From: Glaucostegus cemiculus
Lineage: Eukaryota
Length of the DNA: 64,000 nt
Assembly (NCBI GenBank): GCA_976551045.1
Contig: CDPCPM010000016.1
Location: forward strand, 29,078,001-29,142,000
Direction of reading: 5' to 3'
Shown here: positions 40,640 to 53,695 of the stretch, one piece after another
Layout: the number at the start of each line of letters is the position of its first letter
Position numbering within the stretch: the first letter of the stretch is position 1
Translations under genes and position numbers: made by a program
Notes under the pieces: model-generated
The model's database searches: none
What the model saw: only the letters and a program-made list of their open reading frames with translations
Told to the model about the DNA's origin: nothing

Positions 40640-41055
40640 GGCTTAATGGTTGCTTGGCTAGTTTGGAATCAGAAGTAAATCCAGTAACAAGTGTACATAA
40701 TTTAGGATTACACACTAGTACCTTATTGAGGTGTTAATTTTGGATTAGGCATTAAACTGAGATCCTGTGTGCCCTTTCAGGTGAAAGTGGAAGATCACAT
40801 TCAAAGAAGAGGGGCTTCACCACCCTGGAACCACCATCAACCCTAATGCCCACACCAGTGCCTCCCATCCCAAATGAGAGCTCTGGATACTCACCTTCTC
40901 TCAACCACTACCCATAAAAATAAAGTCCTTAGCTTGTGGGACTTTGCTATGCACAATTTAGCTGCCTAATTTGTGATATTACAGCAAGAATGCTTCATAA
41001 CCAGTTTACTCACTGTGGAAAGCCTTTGAAACAACAGAAGGTATAAGAATGTTTC
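40640..41055 (+). mobile_element. Ancient Deu-domain SINE (AmnSINE1/SacSINE1-like)
   Basis: ttaaactgagatcctgtgtgccctttcaggtg..aagatc..ttcaaagaagag and tgtgggactttgctatgcacaatttagctgcc resemble the Deu core as I recall it. Confidence 0.55.
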
Positions 41056-41829
41056 CTTTGTTATGTACCAGCAACAACAGAAATATGAGGAGCCATGTCT
41101 AAATGTTAGAATCTATTTAGTAATAACTACTCGTAATAATAAAGAAGAAAAAACATTAGACATCTTTTACAGATTAGGTTACTATTTGGTGAATGTCCTT
41201 TTAAGGGATAGTACAGTAGTGTGTGTGTGGCATCATTACAACAGCAAGAGTTAATGACATGCTGACATTTTGGTTCAGTCAGAAAAGAGAGAGAGGAAGA
41301 GAGAGACACTGCCTACTGGTCTCTGTATCGATGGGTGAAAAATAATAACTGTGTCTGTCACTACAATCCACGTATGGATTTTTTGGAATAATCCTGTGGA
41401 GTCCACTTTGTCATTAACCCATAGAAGGAAACAGGTATTGCTGTAGACGGCCACTACTTGAATGCCTTTTGGGGTGGCAGATACTTCGGAACAAAGCAAT
41501 GGAGATCATCAGTGACTGAGATGTCACATGGGTTCCATCGTGGAACATTTGGTTTAATTAGATCATCTTTCATTCTTTTAAAGTCTTGAGCAGAGGACCA
41601 GTCTACTTACTCTCTCCCCACTGGGTAATTCCCCCTATCTTGGGAATCTATATGGTGAATCTTACTTGTGCTCCCTTGTATTTCCAAGTATTTCCTTCCA
41701 TATGCAGGGAGGAGCTCTGCATGCCTTTCAAATTCTCACTATTTATTAAAAAAAATACTCTTCTATTTTCTGCTACCAAAATGGATAACCTCATACTTTT
41801 CAACATTTTGCACCTGTACTCAGCCATTC

Positions 41830-43150
41830 ACTTATCCTACTCATTTGAAGAGACAGGGTCTGATTCAGGACAGTCAGCATTGCTTTGTGCATGGGAAATA
41901 GTGTCTGACAAATCTCTTAGAATTCTTCAAGGAGGTAACCAAAAGGGTAGATGGGGGTAGGGCAGTGGATGTTGTCTATATGGACTTTAGCAAGGCCTTT
42001 AACAAGGTCCCTCATGGCAGGCTAGTCTAGAAGGTTAGATCTATGAGATCCAGGGAGAGATAGCGGATTGGATTCATGATTGGCTTAATGGTAGGAAGCA
42101 GAGGGTGATTGTTGAGAGTTGTTTCTCAGACTGGAGGCCTGTGTCTGGTGGTGTGCCACAGAGGTCAGTGCTGGGACCTTTGTTTTTGGTAATTCACATA
42201 AACGATTTTGATGTGAATGTACTAACTGGTCACGTTTAGTAACTTTGCGGATGATATGAAAATAGGTGGTGTTGTAGATAGTGTAGAATGTTATGAAAAA
42301 TTATGGGGGATCTTGACCAGCTAGGCATGTAGGCTGGGGAAAGGCAAATGGCTTTCAGTCTAGATAAATGTGAGGTATTGCATTTTGGAAAATCAAATCA
42401 GGGTAGGAATTAGACAGTGAATGGTAGGGCCCAGGGGAGTGTTATGGAACAGAGGGATCTAGGAATGCAAGTACATAGTTCACTGAAAGCAGCTTCGCAG
42501 GTAGACAGAGTGGTAAAAAAAAGTATTTGGCATGCTGGCCTTCATCAGTCAGGACATCGAGAAAAGGAGTTGGTAAGTTATGTTGCATTGACAAAAAGAC
42601 GTTGGTAAGGCCACACTTGGAGTATTGTGTACAGTCTTGGTTACACTATTATAAGAAAGATGTTATCAAACTAGAAAGAGTGCAGAAAAGATTTACCAGG
42701 ATGTTGCCTAGACTTGGGGGCCTGAGTTACAAGGAGGGGTTGCGTAGACTAGGACTTTATTCCCTGGAATGTAGGAGATTGAGGAGGTGACCTGATAGAG
42801 ATATATAAGATCACAAGGGCGATAGACAGGGCGAAAGTACAGTCTTCTTCTCAGCAAGAGGGTGCTAAAAACAAGAGGACATATGTTTAATATCAGAGGC
42901 GCGAGAGTTAAAAGGTACATCAGGGGCAGCTTCATCACACAAAGGGTGCTGCTTATTTGGAATGAGCTGCCAGAAATAGTGGTTGAGGCAGGCACATTAG
43001 CAATATTTAAAGGCATCTAGATAAAGTAATGGACAGGAGGGATTTAGAGGGCTGTAGGCCAAATGTGGCCAGATAGGACTAGCTTGCTGAACAACGCAGC
43101 TGGCATGGACTAGTTGGGCCAAAGGGCCATTTTCCATGCTGTATGACTAA
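41830..43150 (+). mobile_element. CR1 LINE RT and 3' end, inside an older antisense CR1 (about 41560-41830 and 43160-43680)
   Basis: AVDVVYMDFSKAFNKVPH, FADD, LVRPHLEYCVQ, tail tgctgtatgactaagact. Confidence 0.9.
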
Positions 43151-43679
43151 GACTCAATCTGATCATTATTTTCTAAGTGTCCTGTTACCACTTTCTTTAT
43201 AATAGATGCAAGTATTAATTTAGCAATAATGACTAAGCTAACTGGACATTACCACTAATTAATTTATCCAGTGTATATGCAAATTAAAATCCCCTATGAG
43301 TACTACATTACAATTGTTACATAATCCTCTAATTTCCTCATTTATATTATGTTCTACATTACAATTACTGTTTGGAGACGTGGACAAATTTTAATAATGT
43401 TTCCTGGACTTTGCCATTTCTCAGCTCCTCCCAAATTGATTCCAATTCTTTATTTTCTAAGCTAAGATCCTTTTTCTCCACTGCCTTTATTCACCTTTGA
43501 TATCAAGGCTCCCCCTTCTTATTCCATTCTGTCCATCTCCATTAAAAAAAAGTATCCTGAAATATTTAATTCCTAACCACGGTCATTTGCAACCATATTT
43601 TCATGCCCCTTTATTTCTATTGGTGTAATTAATTCATCAATCTGGTTACAAATACTTCATGCATTCAGATAGAGCCTTC

Positions 43680-44250
43680 ATAGGTACTACAGCAACAGAA
43701 ACAGGCCCTTCGACCCATCTAGTCCATGACAGCTTAGTTTTCTGCCTAGTCACATCTACCTGCATCCGGACATAGCCCTCAAAATCCCTCATATCCATGT
43801 ACCTATCCAAACCTCTCTTAAATGTTGCAATTGGACCCGCATCCATCACTTCCACTGACAGTTCATTCCACACTAGCACCACCCTCTGGGTGAAGTAGTT
43901 CCCCTTCAAATTCCTCTTAAATATTTCACCTTTCACTCTAAACCTATGACCTCCAATTCTAGTCTCAATCAACCAGACGGGAAAAAGCCTGCATGCATTC
44001 ACCCTTTCTATACCCCTCATAATTTTGTATACCTCTGTAAGATCTCCCCTCATTCTCCTGTGCTCCAGGGAGTAAAGTCCCAACCTATTCAACCTTTCCT
44101 TATAATTCAGGTCCTAAAGTCCCAGGCACATCTGTGTAAATTTTCTCTGCACTCTTTCAAGCTTATTGATATCTTTCTTGTAGATAGCTGACCAGAACTG
44201 CGTACAATACTCTAAATTCGGCCTCATAATGTCTGAAACAACTTCAAAAT
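43680..44250 (-). mobile_element. CR1 LINE 3' fragment
   Basis: RLGLYSLEHRRMRGDLTEVYKIMRGI..NYFTQRVVLVWNEL. Confidence 0.9.
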
Positions 44251-44252
44251 AA

Positions 44253-45895
44253 CAGTGTTAGAGTGGGGAGCTGAGGCTTTGGTTCGAGAGGAGTGGGCCA
44301 GTGTTAGAGTGGGGAGCCGAGGCTTTGGTTCAAGAGGCCTCATGGAGGTAGTCACTCCGAGGCTGCAGGAGGCAGGTAGCTGAGTGACTGTCAGGAGAAG
44401 GACGGAGAACAGGCAGATACTGCAGAGTACCTGTGGCTGTTCCCTTCAATAACAGGTATACTGCTTTGGATACTGTTGGGGGGGTGGGGGGGGAAAAACG
44501 GCCTATCAGAGAAAAGCTGAGTGACCAGGTCTCTGGCACTGAGCCTGGTCGTGTAGTGCAAAAGGGAAGGATGGAGAAGAGGAGAGTGGTAGTGGTAGGG
44601 GATTCCATAGTAAGGGGGGCAGACAGGAAATTCTGTGGACGTGAAAGAGACTCCCAGATGGTATGTTGCCTCCCAGGTGCCAGGGTCAGGGACGTCTTGG
44701 ATCAGGTGCACAGTATTCTGAAGGGGGAGAGTGAACAGCCAGAGGTCGTGATACATATTGGTACCGATGACATAGGTTGGAAAAGAGATGAGATCCTGAA
44801 GAGGGAATATAGGGAGCTAGGTAGGAAGCTGATAAACAGACCCTCAAGGGTAGTAATCTCTGGATTACTGTCTGTGCCACATGCCAGTGAGGGTAAGGAT
44901 AGGATAATTTGGCAGATGAGTACGTGGCTGATAAATTGGTGCTGGGGGCAAGATTTCAGATTTATTGATCATCGGGATATCTTCTAGGGAAGGTATGGCC
45001 TGTACAAAAGGGACAGGTTACACCTGAACTGGAGGGGGACTTGGATGAGGATGTGGAAGGGTGGGTTAGTAAATTTGCTGATGGTGTTGTGGATAGTGTA
45101 GAAGACTGCTGTAGATTACAACAGGATGCTGATGGAATGCAGAGCTAGGCTGAGAAGTGGCAGATGGAATTCAATCCAAATAAGTGTGAAGTGATACACT
45201 TCGGGAGATCAAATTCGAAGGCAGAATACAAGGTTAATAGCAGGACTCTTAGCAGTGTGGAGGAACAGAGGGATCTTGGGGTCCACATCCATAGATCCTT
45301 CAAAAGCTACCACGCAGGTCGATAGGGTTGTTAAGAAGACGTATGGAGTGTTGGCCTTTATTAGTCGGGGTATGAGATCCAGAGCCACGAGGTGTTGTTG
45401 CAGCTCTATAGAACTCTGGTCAGACCACACTTCGAGTATTGTGTCCAGTTCTGGTTGCCTCATTATAGAGAGGATGTGGAAGCTTTAGAGAGAGTGCAGA
45501 GGAGATTTACCATGGAGGATGAGAGGTGACTTGATAGAGGTGTACAAGATGATAAGGGGCATAGATCGAGTAGACAGTCAGAAACCTTTTTCCCAGGGTG
45601 ACAATGGCTAAAATGAGAGGACATAATTTTAAGGTAATTGAAGGAAGGTATAAAGGGGATGTTAGGGGTAAGTTCTTTTTTTTTACACAGTGGTGGACAT
45701 GTGGAATGCACTGCCGGCAGAGGTTGTGGGGGCAGGTACATTAGGGGCATATAAGAGATTCTTAGATAGATGCATGAATGATAGAAAAATAGGGGGATAT
45801 GTGGGAGGAACGGGTTAGATAGATCTTAGAGCAGGATAAAATGTTGGCATAACTTTGTGGGCCGAAGGGTCTGTACAGTGTTGTAATGTTCTATG
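44253..45895 (+). mobile_element. Internally deleted CR1: 5' tandem repeat, ORF1 SGNH-esterase region, joined directly to the RT 3' end
   Basis: VVVVGDSIVRG..CCLPGARV..VVIHIGTDD..HLNWRG, then DLDEDVEGWVSKFAD from about 45038; 39-nt unit repeated at 44253 and 44299. Confidence 0.88.
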
Positions 45896-46849
45896 TAAGA
45901 ATTTTATATTGGCTGAACAACCACAAAGGTTGAGCCATCAGTAACACTACTTCCTGGATCCCCATAACTGTCTCACCAATAGTCACATCCTTCCATACCT
46001 TTCGACTAACCAACTCTGCAGTACTTAATCCAATGCTGGCTTTTGGAACAAATGGCCAGGTAATGTTCCCTCCCCTAATACATCTGTGTTCTAAATTCAG
46101 ACTCTGACTCATCTTGAAGTTCCTCAAGCTGTAGACACTTACTACAATTGTGATTGCCATGGATCTCAGTAGTTTCCACTAGCACCGACATATCATAGCT
46201 GGGTCTCTTCATCTGTCATGCCATGCTTGTCTCTTTATTGACTGATTAACTTAACTATTTATACTTGGTAATTGCAACTTTATCTAATCAATCTAATTTC
46301 AAGAAACCAGTTTTAGTTAAACAAATGTAGCAGTTTAGAGGGAAACATCTAAAAATGGGAAAAAAAATTCAATCTCACCACATAGATTAAGACAGATTCA
46401 CCATCAGTTTAACTCATCGATCTAAAATAAACAAAGATTTTTAATCCTGTTTTTTTTCCTTAAACATTAAGCTGCAACTTTGCTCTTGCTTCATGGGAGT
46501 TGACAATCCACTAGTGCTCACCGTACACCATGCTAAAACTATGTTCTGGACTAATCCATAGGGTTATATTCACTACCATCAATTCTGGATCAGCCCATAA
46601 TAACCTCAGTTATATCAGGTTGCTCAATTAAATGGGAATCCTGCAAACTACTTGCTTACCACACCAAATGAAACTACAGGGTTAAGAAAATCTAATAGTA
46701 AAACTGAATTAAATGAATTTTTTTGAAAGAAATCAGCATTTACTTAAAGTCCAAAATCTGTAGACACTGTACTCAGTGGGCAATGCACATGGTACTCAAC
46801 AATGCCCAGATTCAAATTACAAAACTACCAAATTATCGCAAAGAGATTA

Positions 46850-47017
<168 letters not shown>

Positions 47018-47864
47018 TCACAATAAATTTGAATCAAGTAAAAGCAGACATTTTAAGCTTGAAATACTTATTAATTCAAGGAAAACCTTTGCACTACTAA
47101 TACATTTACAGCATGCTGCACTACACATTTGGCCCAATTTTCTGTTCAATTTGAGTAAAGTTTTCCAAAAATTCTTTTTCTCAAATGAGGCATGTTACTA
47201 TTGACAATGAAAAAAATCACTTTTGTACCAATCCAAATATTCACTCAAGCAGTCCAACAGAGCTCAGAGGTCTGATTTATCTTGTTAAATATGGATTTAT
47301 GCATAAACAGCAGAATTAGAATTGTTTAAACATTTTGCTTTGACTGAAGTGGTGGTGCAAATCCAGAATCAAGACTTGACTTAAATCTTAATTTTAGTTT
47401 TTGTTTATAAAAATCTCTAACATTTTCTAATAAAATCTTTAACTTAAAAAAAATCACTAATCAGAGCAATTAAATTCTTGGATACAAAACTATTATGTAG
47501 CATATTATTGTGCCCCTAAGACATATTGCTTCACCATATTTGCCGAAGTCATTTTTGGCTGAATAGAGCTATTCAGGAAGAATCCATTAGCATAACCTAC
47601 TACTATATGACTATCCCATGTCTGTTTAATTATAATTATACATGAAAAGCAGCCAATGATCTATCCAGACATACAGCTTTCCAGGAGTCACTGGACCTAA
47701 CCAGTTGTGGATAAACTAATTATTCATTCTCTATGTGGAGGTGAGGATTATTTTTTTGCACTGAAATCATTGCAATTAAATAACTCAACCAAGATTAACC
47801 ATTGATTCCCATGACATTTTACTATTTGTCATGCTTTTACTCTTTGGGCCAAGAGGAAAAACTA

Positions 47865-48029
<165 letters not shown>

Positions 48030-48424
48030 TCATAGTGAAAAACACAACTGCAATGTCAGCACACTATTTTTAGGGATTCTTAACTATTCTTTCAGTAGTC
48101 AGTATATAAAAATTGCACCATATCAATGACAATTTCACACTGTTCAAAATAAAAACAAAACTACTCTCCAGAAGATGTCACGTAAAATTCCAGTTACAAT
48201 TACGCAGGCAAACAGTACAACTTCTATAGGTGCAGAATCCTACAAACGAAAGTGGGGTAGGTGATCAGCTGCTTTCTTTTTGATAGTGATATTGGCCAGG
48301 AAACTAGGATTGAACCAGCCTTCAATTTTGGATGACATCAGGTCAGTACCGAACATGGCTCTCTGGCGCTGTGAGGTAATGAATCTACTACCTGCACCAT
48401 TCTGCTACCCTGTCTTGCTTCAGT

Positions 48425-49750
48425 TCTTTAGGGATCCAGTGAGACCACACATGGAGTATTGTGTACAGGCCTGGTCTTCCCACTGAAGCAAGGCTACATT
48501 TAAGATAGAAGGAGAGCAAAAAAATAGACAGAATATTTCTTACTGAAACATGGAACTTTTTTTTAAATAGGCGTAGGAGGGTAGGTACAGGAATGATGTT
48601 GCCCTAACTGGGGTGGCTTTAGCTTGGGGTCACAGTCACCAAATAAAGTGTCAGCCATTCAGGACAGAGGTGGGAGAACATTTCTCCACTCAGAAGGTAG
48701 AGACTCATTGGAATTCTCTACCAAGAGGACTGTGGACACTCAGTTTACTCCAGAAATATATTAATACATTTTCAGATAAGAAGGGAGTCAAGGGATGTTG
48801 GCTGGTACAAGAAAGTGTGCTGAGATAAAAGATCAGGCATCATCTTATTGAATGGTGACACAGGCACAAGGGGTTGAAAAGGCTACTCCTGCTTCTATAT
48901 CTTAATTTCTTAATGACTGCCGCAAGGACAGAGGATGATGAAGCCCATGGTCAAAGTCTAAGAGGATGATACATTTGACAATCATTATAGCAATTTCTGT
49001 GTCTTGTCAGGAATAGAAATGAGATTAGAAAAAAAAAATCAAACATGAAACTTCCAGGGGGATACATTAGGATGGGCATTTATCAGAATGAACACCCAGC
49101 AGAATTTTTTTAAAAAAGCTCAATAAGAAAGGCTGAAAGGAATGGGGGATTTGGTGAGTTTACTTGAACATGAGGCTCATACGATAGTTTTGAATGGAAA
49201 GGAGATAGTACCCAAGGATAAGGAGCTGTTATATAATAAAGAGCGAGTTGGGTCAGACGGACATGGTAAGTTCAGAGAGTACACAGTGGGAGAAACTACA
49301 AAAATATGGACTAGGGTTTAGCTTGAGGGAATCATGGAAGAAGATGTACTTAGTAGGCAAGGAGAAAAATCAACAGAGGCAAGTGAGATGTTCATTGGAA
49401 AAAATGCAGGAAAGAGGTACTAAAATGATGTTTGTGGAGTTAAGGACTAGAAGTTATCCTTGCTTTTTCAGATGGATCTGGAATAGAGTGTAATTCTGTC
49501 ACAAGAGAATAAAGCCCAGAAGTGACTGATGTGGTGATGTTTGGCTAAAGCTATTGTGCTATTACCCAAATTCTTGGAAATTGAAGATAGGGACTAGACT
49601 GGGGTAATGCAAGAGTTTGCTGAGACCAGGTTTTGGTAGAGACAAGAATGTTAAAGTTGGTGGGGGAGCAGTTGAGCAAATGGATGTCTGCAGAAGGTGG
49701 GTAATATTTAATAAGCTAGACAGTTGAGAATTTGAACCTCACCGGTTGGA
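48425..49750. mobile_element. Decayed CR1 tail (+, 48425-48910) followed by an old antisense LINE remnant
   Basis: VRPHMEYCVQAWS; GHSHQIK..FSTQKVETHWNSLP. Confidence 0.6.
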
Positions 49751-50005
49751 GTGGATTTGTTCCCCATCTCAGATAATTCTTTACTTAATTTCCACATGGC
49801 AGCAAATAGAACATGTCTCATTTTTCAGGATTTACTACCAATATTAAGCATTTTCAGCAACACAAACAATAAGGCAGATAATGACCAAAGATCTCTCCAA
49901 TCTACATTAGCGCCAATCTTAAATCTTCAGCCAAAATTCATTATGTTTTTCATTAATACAGTCTATATTAGCTGCTGTTCTTTTATTCATTAAGGAAGAA
50001 CCTAC

Positions 50006-50144
50006 TTTGGTGGTTTGAGGTCCCTGTGGATTAAAGCCTTGGGTTTCATGCCATGTAAGTATGCCACTCCTTGTGCACACTGTAAACACCAATTCATTGC
50101 ATGGGCAGCAGTGTAATATGGTAAGGGCTCAGCTCCATGTAGCA
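50006..50144 (-). CDS. MAP3K7: MAP3K7 exon 5 (139 nt): catalytic loop
   Basis: ttacAG|(V)[45 protein letters not shown]+AA|GTaggt; phase 1-2. Confidence 0.98.
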
Positions 50145-51454
50145 CTGTAAAATAAAGGCTCATCATGAAATATTATTGAAAAAAAATCTTTTCAACCATT
50201 TATTAACTTTAATTCAATATTTGAAATATATCAAAATAGCATAAACCAAGAATATATTACTACAAATTGAAAATGGCAACTACAGCTACAAACAGCAGCA
50301 TCCAGAATTCAAAAACAGTCTCGTTTGTTCAGAATGCTCAAGCCATTACTCCACCTGTGAGGAACTAGTCTGACATTTATAACATACAGAATCATTTACT
50401 ATAGAATTTAGTTAGGTCAAACATTACAAAGATTTTCAAGAAACAATCAGGAAGACCCTTTTCTCCAAAAGCATCAAGGAAAGCACAAAGATCATGCAAA
50501 AGAAGCAATCTTTTAACAAAACCAGAGAATTAAAAAAAAAATCAGCTTTCCTCCATTTTTAAGGTAATTTTCAATTTCCTACTGTACATGTCAGAATGTT
50601 TCCCTGCAGCAAAAATGTTTGCAAATCTGATAACATTACAGAATTCCTGTTAAAACCCAATTACCACAAAATATCTTTTCCTGTTTTTCAGTTAAAAAGA
50701 TCATTCAGATTCCTTATTCTATATCAAAACTTTAATTTTGCATCTGAGCATGCATTCAGATTTAAAGCTAAAAATGAATGTTAAACGTGCTGTGGTCTCC
50801 TCCTCCTTCCAATAGATTACAATAGAAATCCACAAAGTTATACAATGTTCAGCATGGAGGGTGGGGGAATGAAATCAGTTTCTATTAGCAGCTTGATGAA
50901 TACAAATAATGGATGGAAGTTCAAGATGGCGTGTTTCTCCTATCCCAAAAGCAGCACGAGAAAGTTAACATGTCTTGCAGCATTAAAATTTTAGAGCAGG
51001 TTAAGGTTGTTAAAAATGATTAAATTCCTGTGAGATAGTAAAATGATAGGATTTCAGGGATTATACAATATCCTTCTGAATAGAAAAAGTGAAGGAATTT
51101 ACTTGGAGATTAGAGATGAGGTGCAGTTTCTTCCTGTTTTCAGATCCCTCAAGTGATAATTGTCTAGTTCTATCTCACAAGGGCATATCCATGGTCTTTT
51201 GCAAATTGTACAGCCAATAAAGGCTACTTAGGCTTGGAATTTCCTTCTCAGACACATCCTGTAAATTAAGCCTGAAAATGTATCTAAAGATGCTCTCATT
51301 CCATCCTAACCCAGTTAAAATTCAATTACCTACCAGACAGTGATTCAATGTTAATGACACTTTTAAGGGGTCTGGGTGGATGGAGAAGAGAGAAATTAAG
51401 TAATGTTGGCCAGGATACAAACAAACTAATAAAGGTATTTGGTCAACAGCTGCA

Positions 51455-52520
51455 ATTTACAGTAACCAATTAGCCTACAAACCACTATGTCTTTGATATG
51501 GAGAAAATCAAGCATTGGGCAGCACAGTGACACAGCTACTAGAGCTGTTGCCTTACAGCACCAGAGACCTGGGCTCAGTCCCAACCTTGAGTGTTGTCCG
51601 AGTAGAGTTTGATGTTCTCCCTCTGACAGCGTGTTCTCTTCCAGGTGGTCCAGTTTCCTCCAGGTTGCATTATAGTTAGAATCTGGGTAGGGTGTTGATA
51701 GGAATTTGGGGAGAATAAAAATGTAATTAATATAGGATTACTGTAAACGGGTGGTTGATGGCCAGAGTGCACTCAGTGGGCCAAAAGGCCTGTTGTGGTG
51801 CTGTATTTCTCTCTGACTGTGGCTGAAATCCATGCAGTCACAGGGAGAGTGCGTAAACTCCACACAGGCAGCGCCTGAGGTTTGATTAGAAATGCCTACT
51901 GGCTAAACCAGAAATAATACAAATCTGTAATGCTCCATAAAAGGTCAGTAAACCAATGAAAATTATTGTTATAACAGCATTTTATGAAATGTTAAAATAC
52001 ACCTTGCCAGCTAAAAATTCTTTCTTCTTGGTTGTAAGTTTGGAACGAATATGCATATTGCAGTCAAGGCTTTTTTTTTAGAAAAGTGAAAACATCTCAT
52101 TCCGTGAAAGCATTTCCCTTTCATTTGGTCCACCTAGTGGTAATATCTAGTATTGTGCTGATAAATGAGAGTGATGCAGCTATTCTCCCTTCTTAAATAT
52201 GGTATTTATTCATTCATTTTTCATGAATAATAGTGACACCACTGGCAGGGTTGGCATTTATTACCCATCCAAACTGTTATTGAGTCATACAGCATAGAAA
52301 TTTACTCTTCAGCCCACTAAGTCTGCAACAACTATCATGCACCCATGTATACCAAACCCATTTTATTTTCCCTACCTTCCCCTCAACCCCAGATTCTAAC
52401 ACTCATCTACACATTAGGAGCAAATTACAGTGGCCAATTAACCTACTAATCTGTTCATCTTTGGGATGTGGGAGGAAACCAGACACCTGGAGAAATCTCA
52501 CACAGTCACACTGCGAACAA
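51455..52520. mobile_element. SINE cluster: + SINE (about 51517-51820) nested in a - SINE, and another - SINE at about 52290-52520
   Basis: gggcagcacagtgacacagctact..gacctgggctcagtccc head; tttgggatgtgggaggaaacc V-domain-type motif. Confidence 0.65.
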
Positions 52521-52929
52521 TACCAACTTGATCTTTATGTATTTATAAAATATCTTTGAATTTTCCTTTATCTGCCAATATTTTTTTTCCCTGACATCTC
52601 TTCTTACCTAATTTCCTTTTTACTGTCACCTCTGTACTTTCTATATTCACCACGCTACAATATTGAGTGCTTGGAATGCAATGTATTTTTGCCTTATCCT
52701 CTCTTCATCCAGGGGCTTTAAGCCTTTGAGAACATGGTGGCAAGACAACCAAATAGCTTGCTGATCAAAAAGCAGCTGATAGTTAAAGACCTCCAAAAAC
52801 ATTGATAAGAACATAATAAACAAAAGAAATAGGAGTGGGAATAGGTCATTCATCCACTCAAGTTTGCCCCATTAATATCATAACCGAAACTGTACCTCAG
52901 CACTATTTTCTTGCCCTGTGACACACTAT

Positions 52930-53360
52930 GCAGGAAACTGCAGAGAGCTGTGGACACAGCCCTGCACATCACAGAAACCACCCTCCCCTCCATGGACCCT
53001 GCCTATACCTCTCTCTTCCTTGGTGAAACAGCCAGCAGAATCAAAGACCCCACCCACCCAGTCATTCTCTCTTCTCCCATCAGGCAGAAGATACAAGAGC
53101 ATATACCATCAGGCTCAAGGACAGCTTCTATCCCACTGTGATAAGACTATTGAATGGTTCCTTATACGATATGATGGACTCTTGACCTCACAATCTACCT
53201 TGTTATGACTTTGCACCTTATTGTCTACCTGCACTGCACTTCCTCTGTAGCTGTGACATTTTAATCTATATTCTGTCATTGTTTTTATCCTGTACTACCT
53301 CTATGCACTGTGTAATGAATTGATCTGTACGAACAACATGCAAGGCAAGTTTTTCGCAAG
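52930..53360 (+). mobile_element. Rex1/Babar-type LINE 3' fragment
   Basis: CRKLQRAVDTALHITET..LLPSGRRYKS; homologous to 4735-5190. Confidence 0.85.
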
Positions 53361-53655
53361 GAAACTATGTTAAACCTTCATAAATTCCCAATTATTGCCT
53401 CCACGAGTTCAATCCTGGGCACTTTAGAGTTCATGAATTTAGGAAACCTTTGAGTGGGTGCACAGGGATTTTACCAGAATGATTCAATTGTAAGGAAGTT
53501 AGAGTCCTGTGAACCTAATTACTATGTAATACATCTCATGGTTCTGCTGAAATTCTAATCATCTTGAGGAATCGGTGGCAAATCATTTTCATTCTAATTT
53601 CGTCCTGATTTAACAGAATCTGTTTCTGTCAAATAAATAATCTATTAAATCTATA

Positions 53656-53695
53656 GGGAGAGGCAATAAAATAATTCTGTTCTATTGCCTCTCCC
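53656..53695. repeat. Inverted repeat with 13-bp perfect arms
   Basis: gggagaggcaata-N14-tattgcctctccc. Confidence 0.9.

Noticed and set aside
44253-44337. Direct repeats as a CRISPR-like array (also the 18-nt tandem near 30978-31011)
   Set aside because: Only two units, no real spacers, eukaryotic context; a CR1 5' repeat and a simple local duplication.
44433-44987. 184-aa SGNH/GDSL esterase ORF as a host enzyme gene
   Set aside because: It is the ORF1 esterase domain of a CR1; it is fused to CR1 RT sequence and a second copy lies near 62140.
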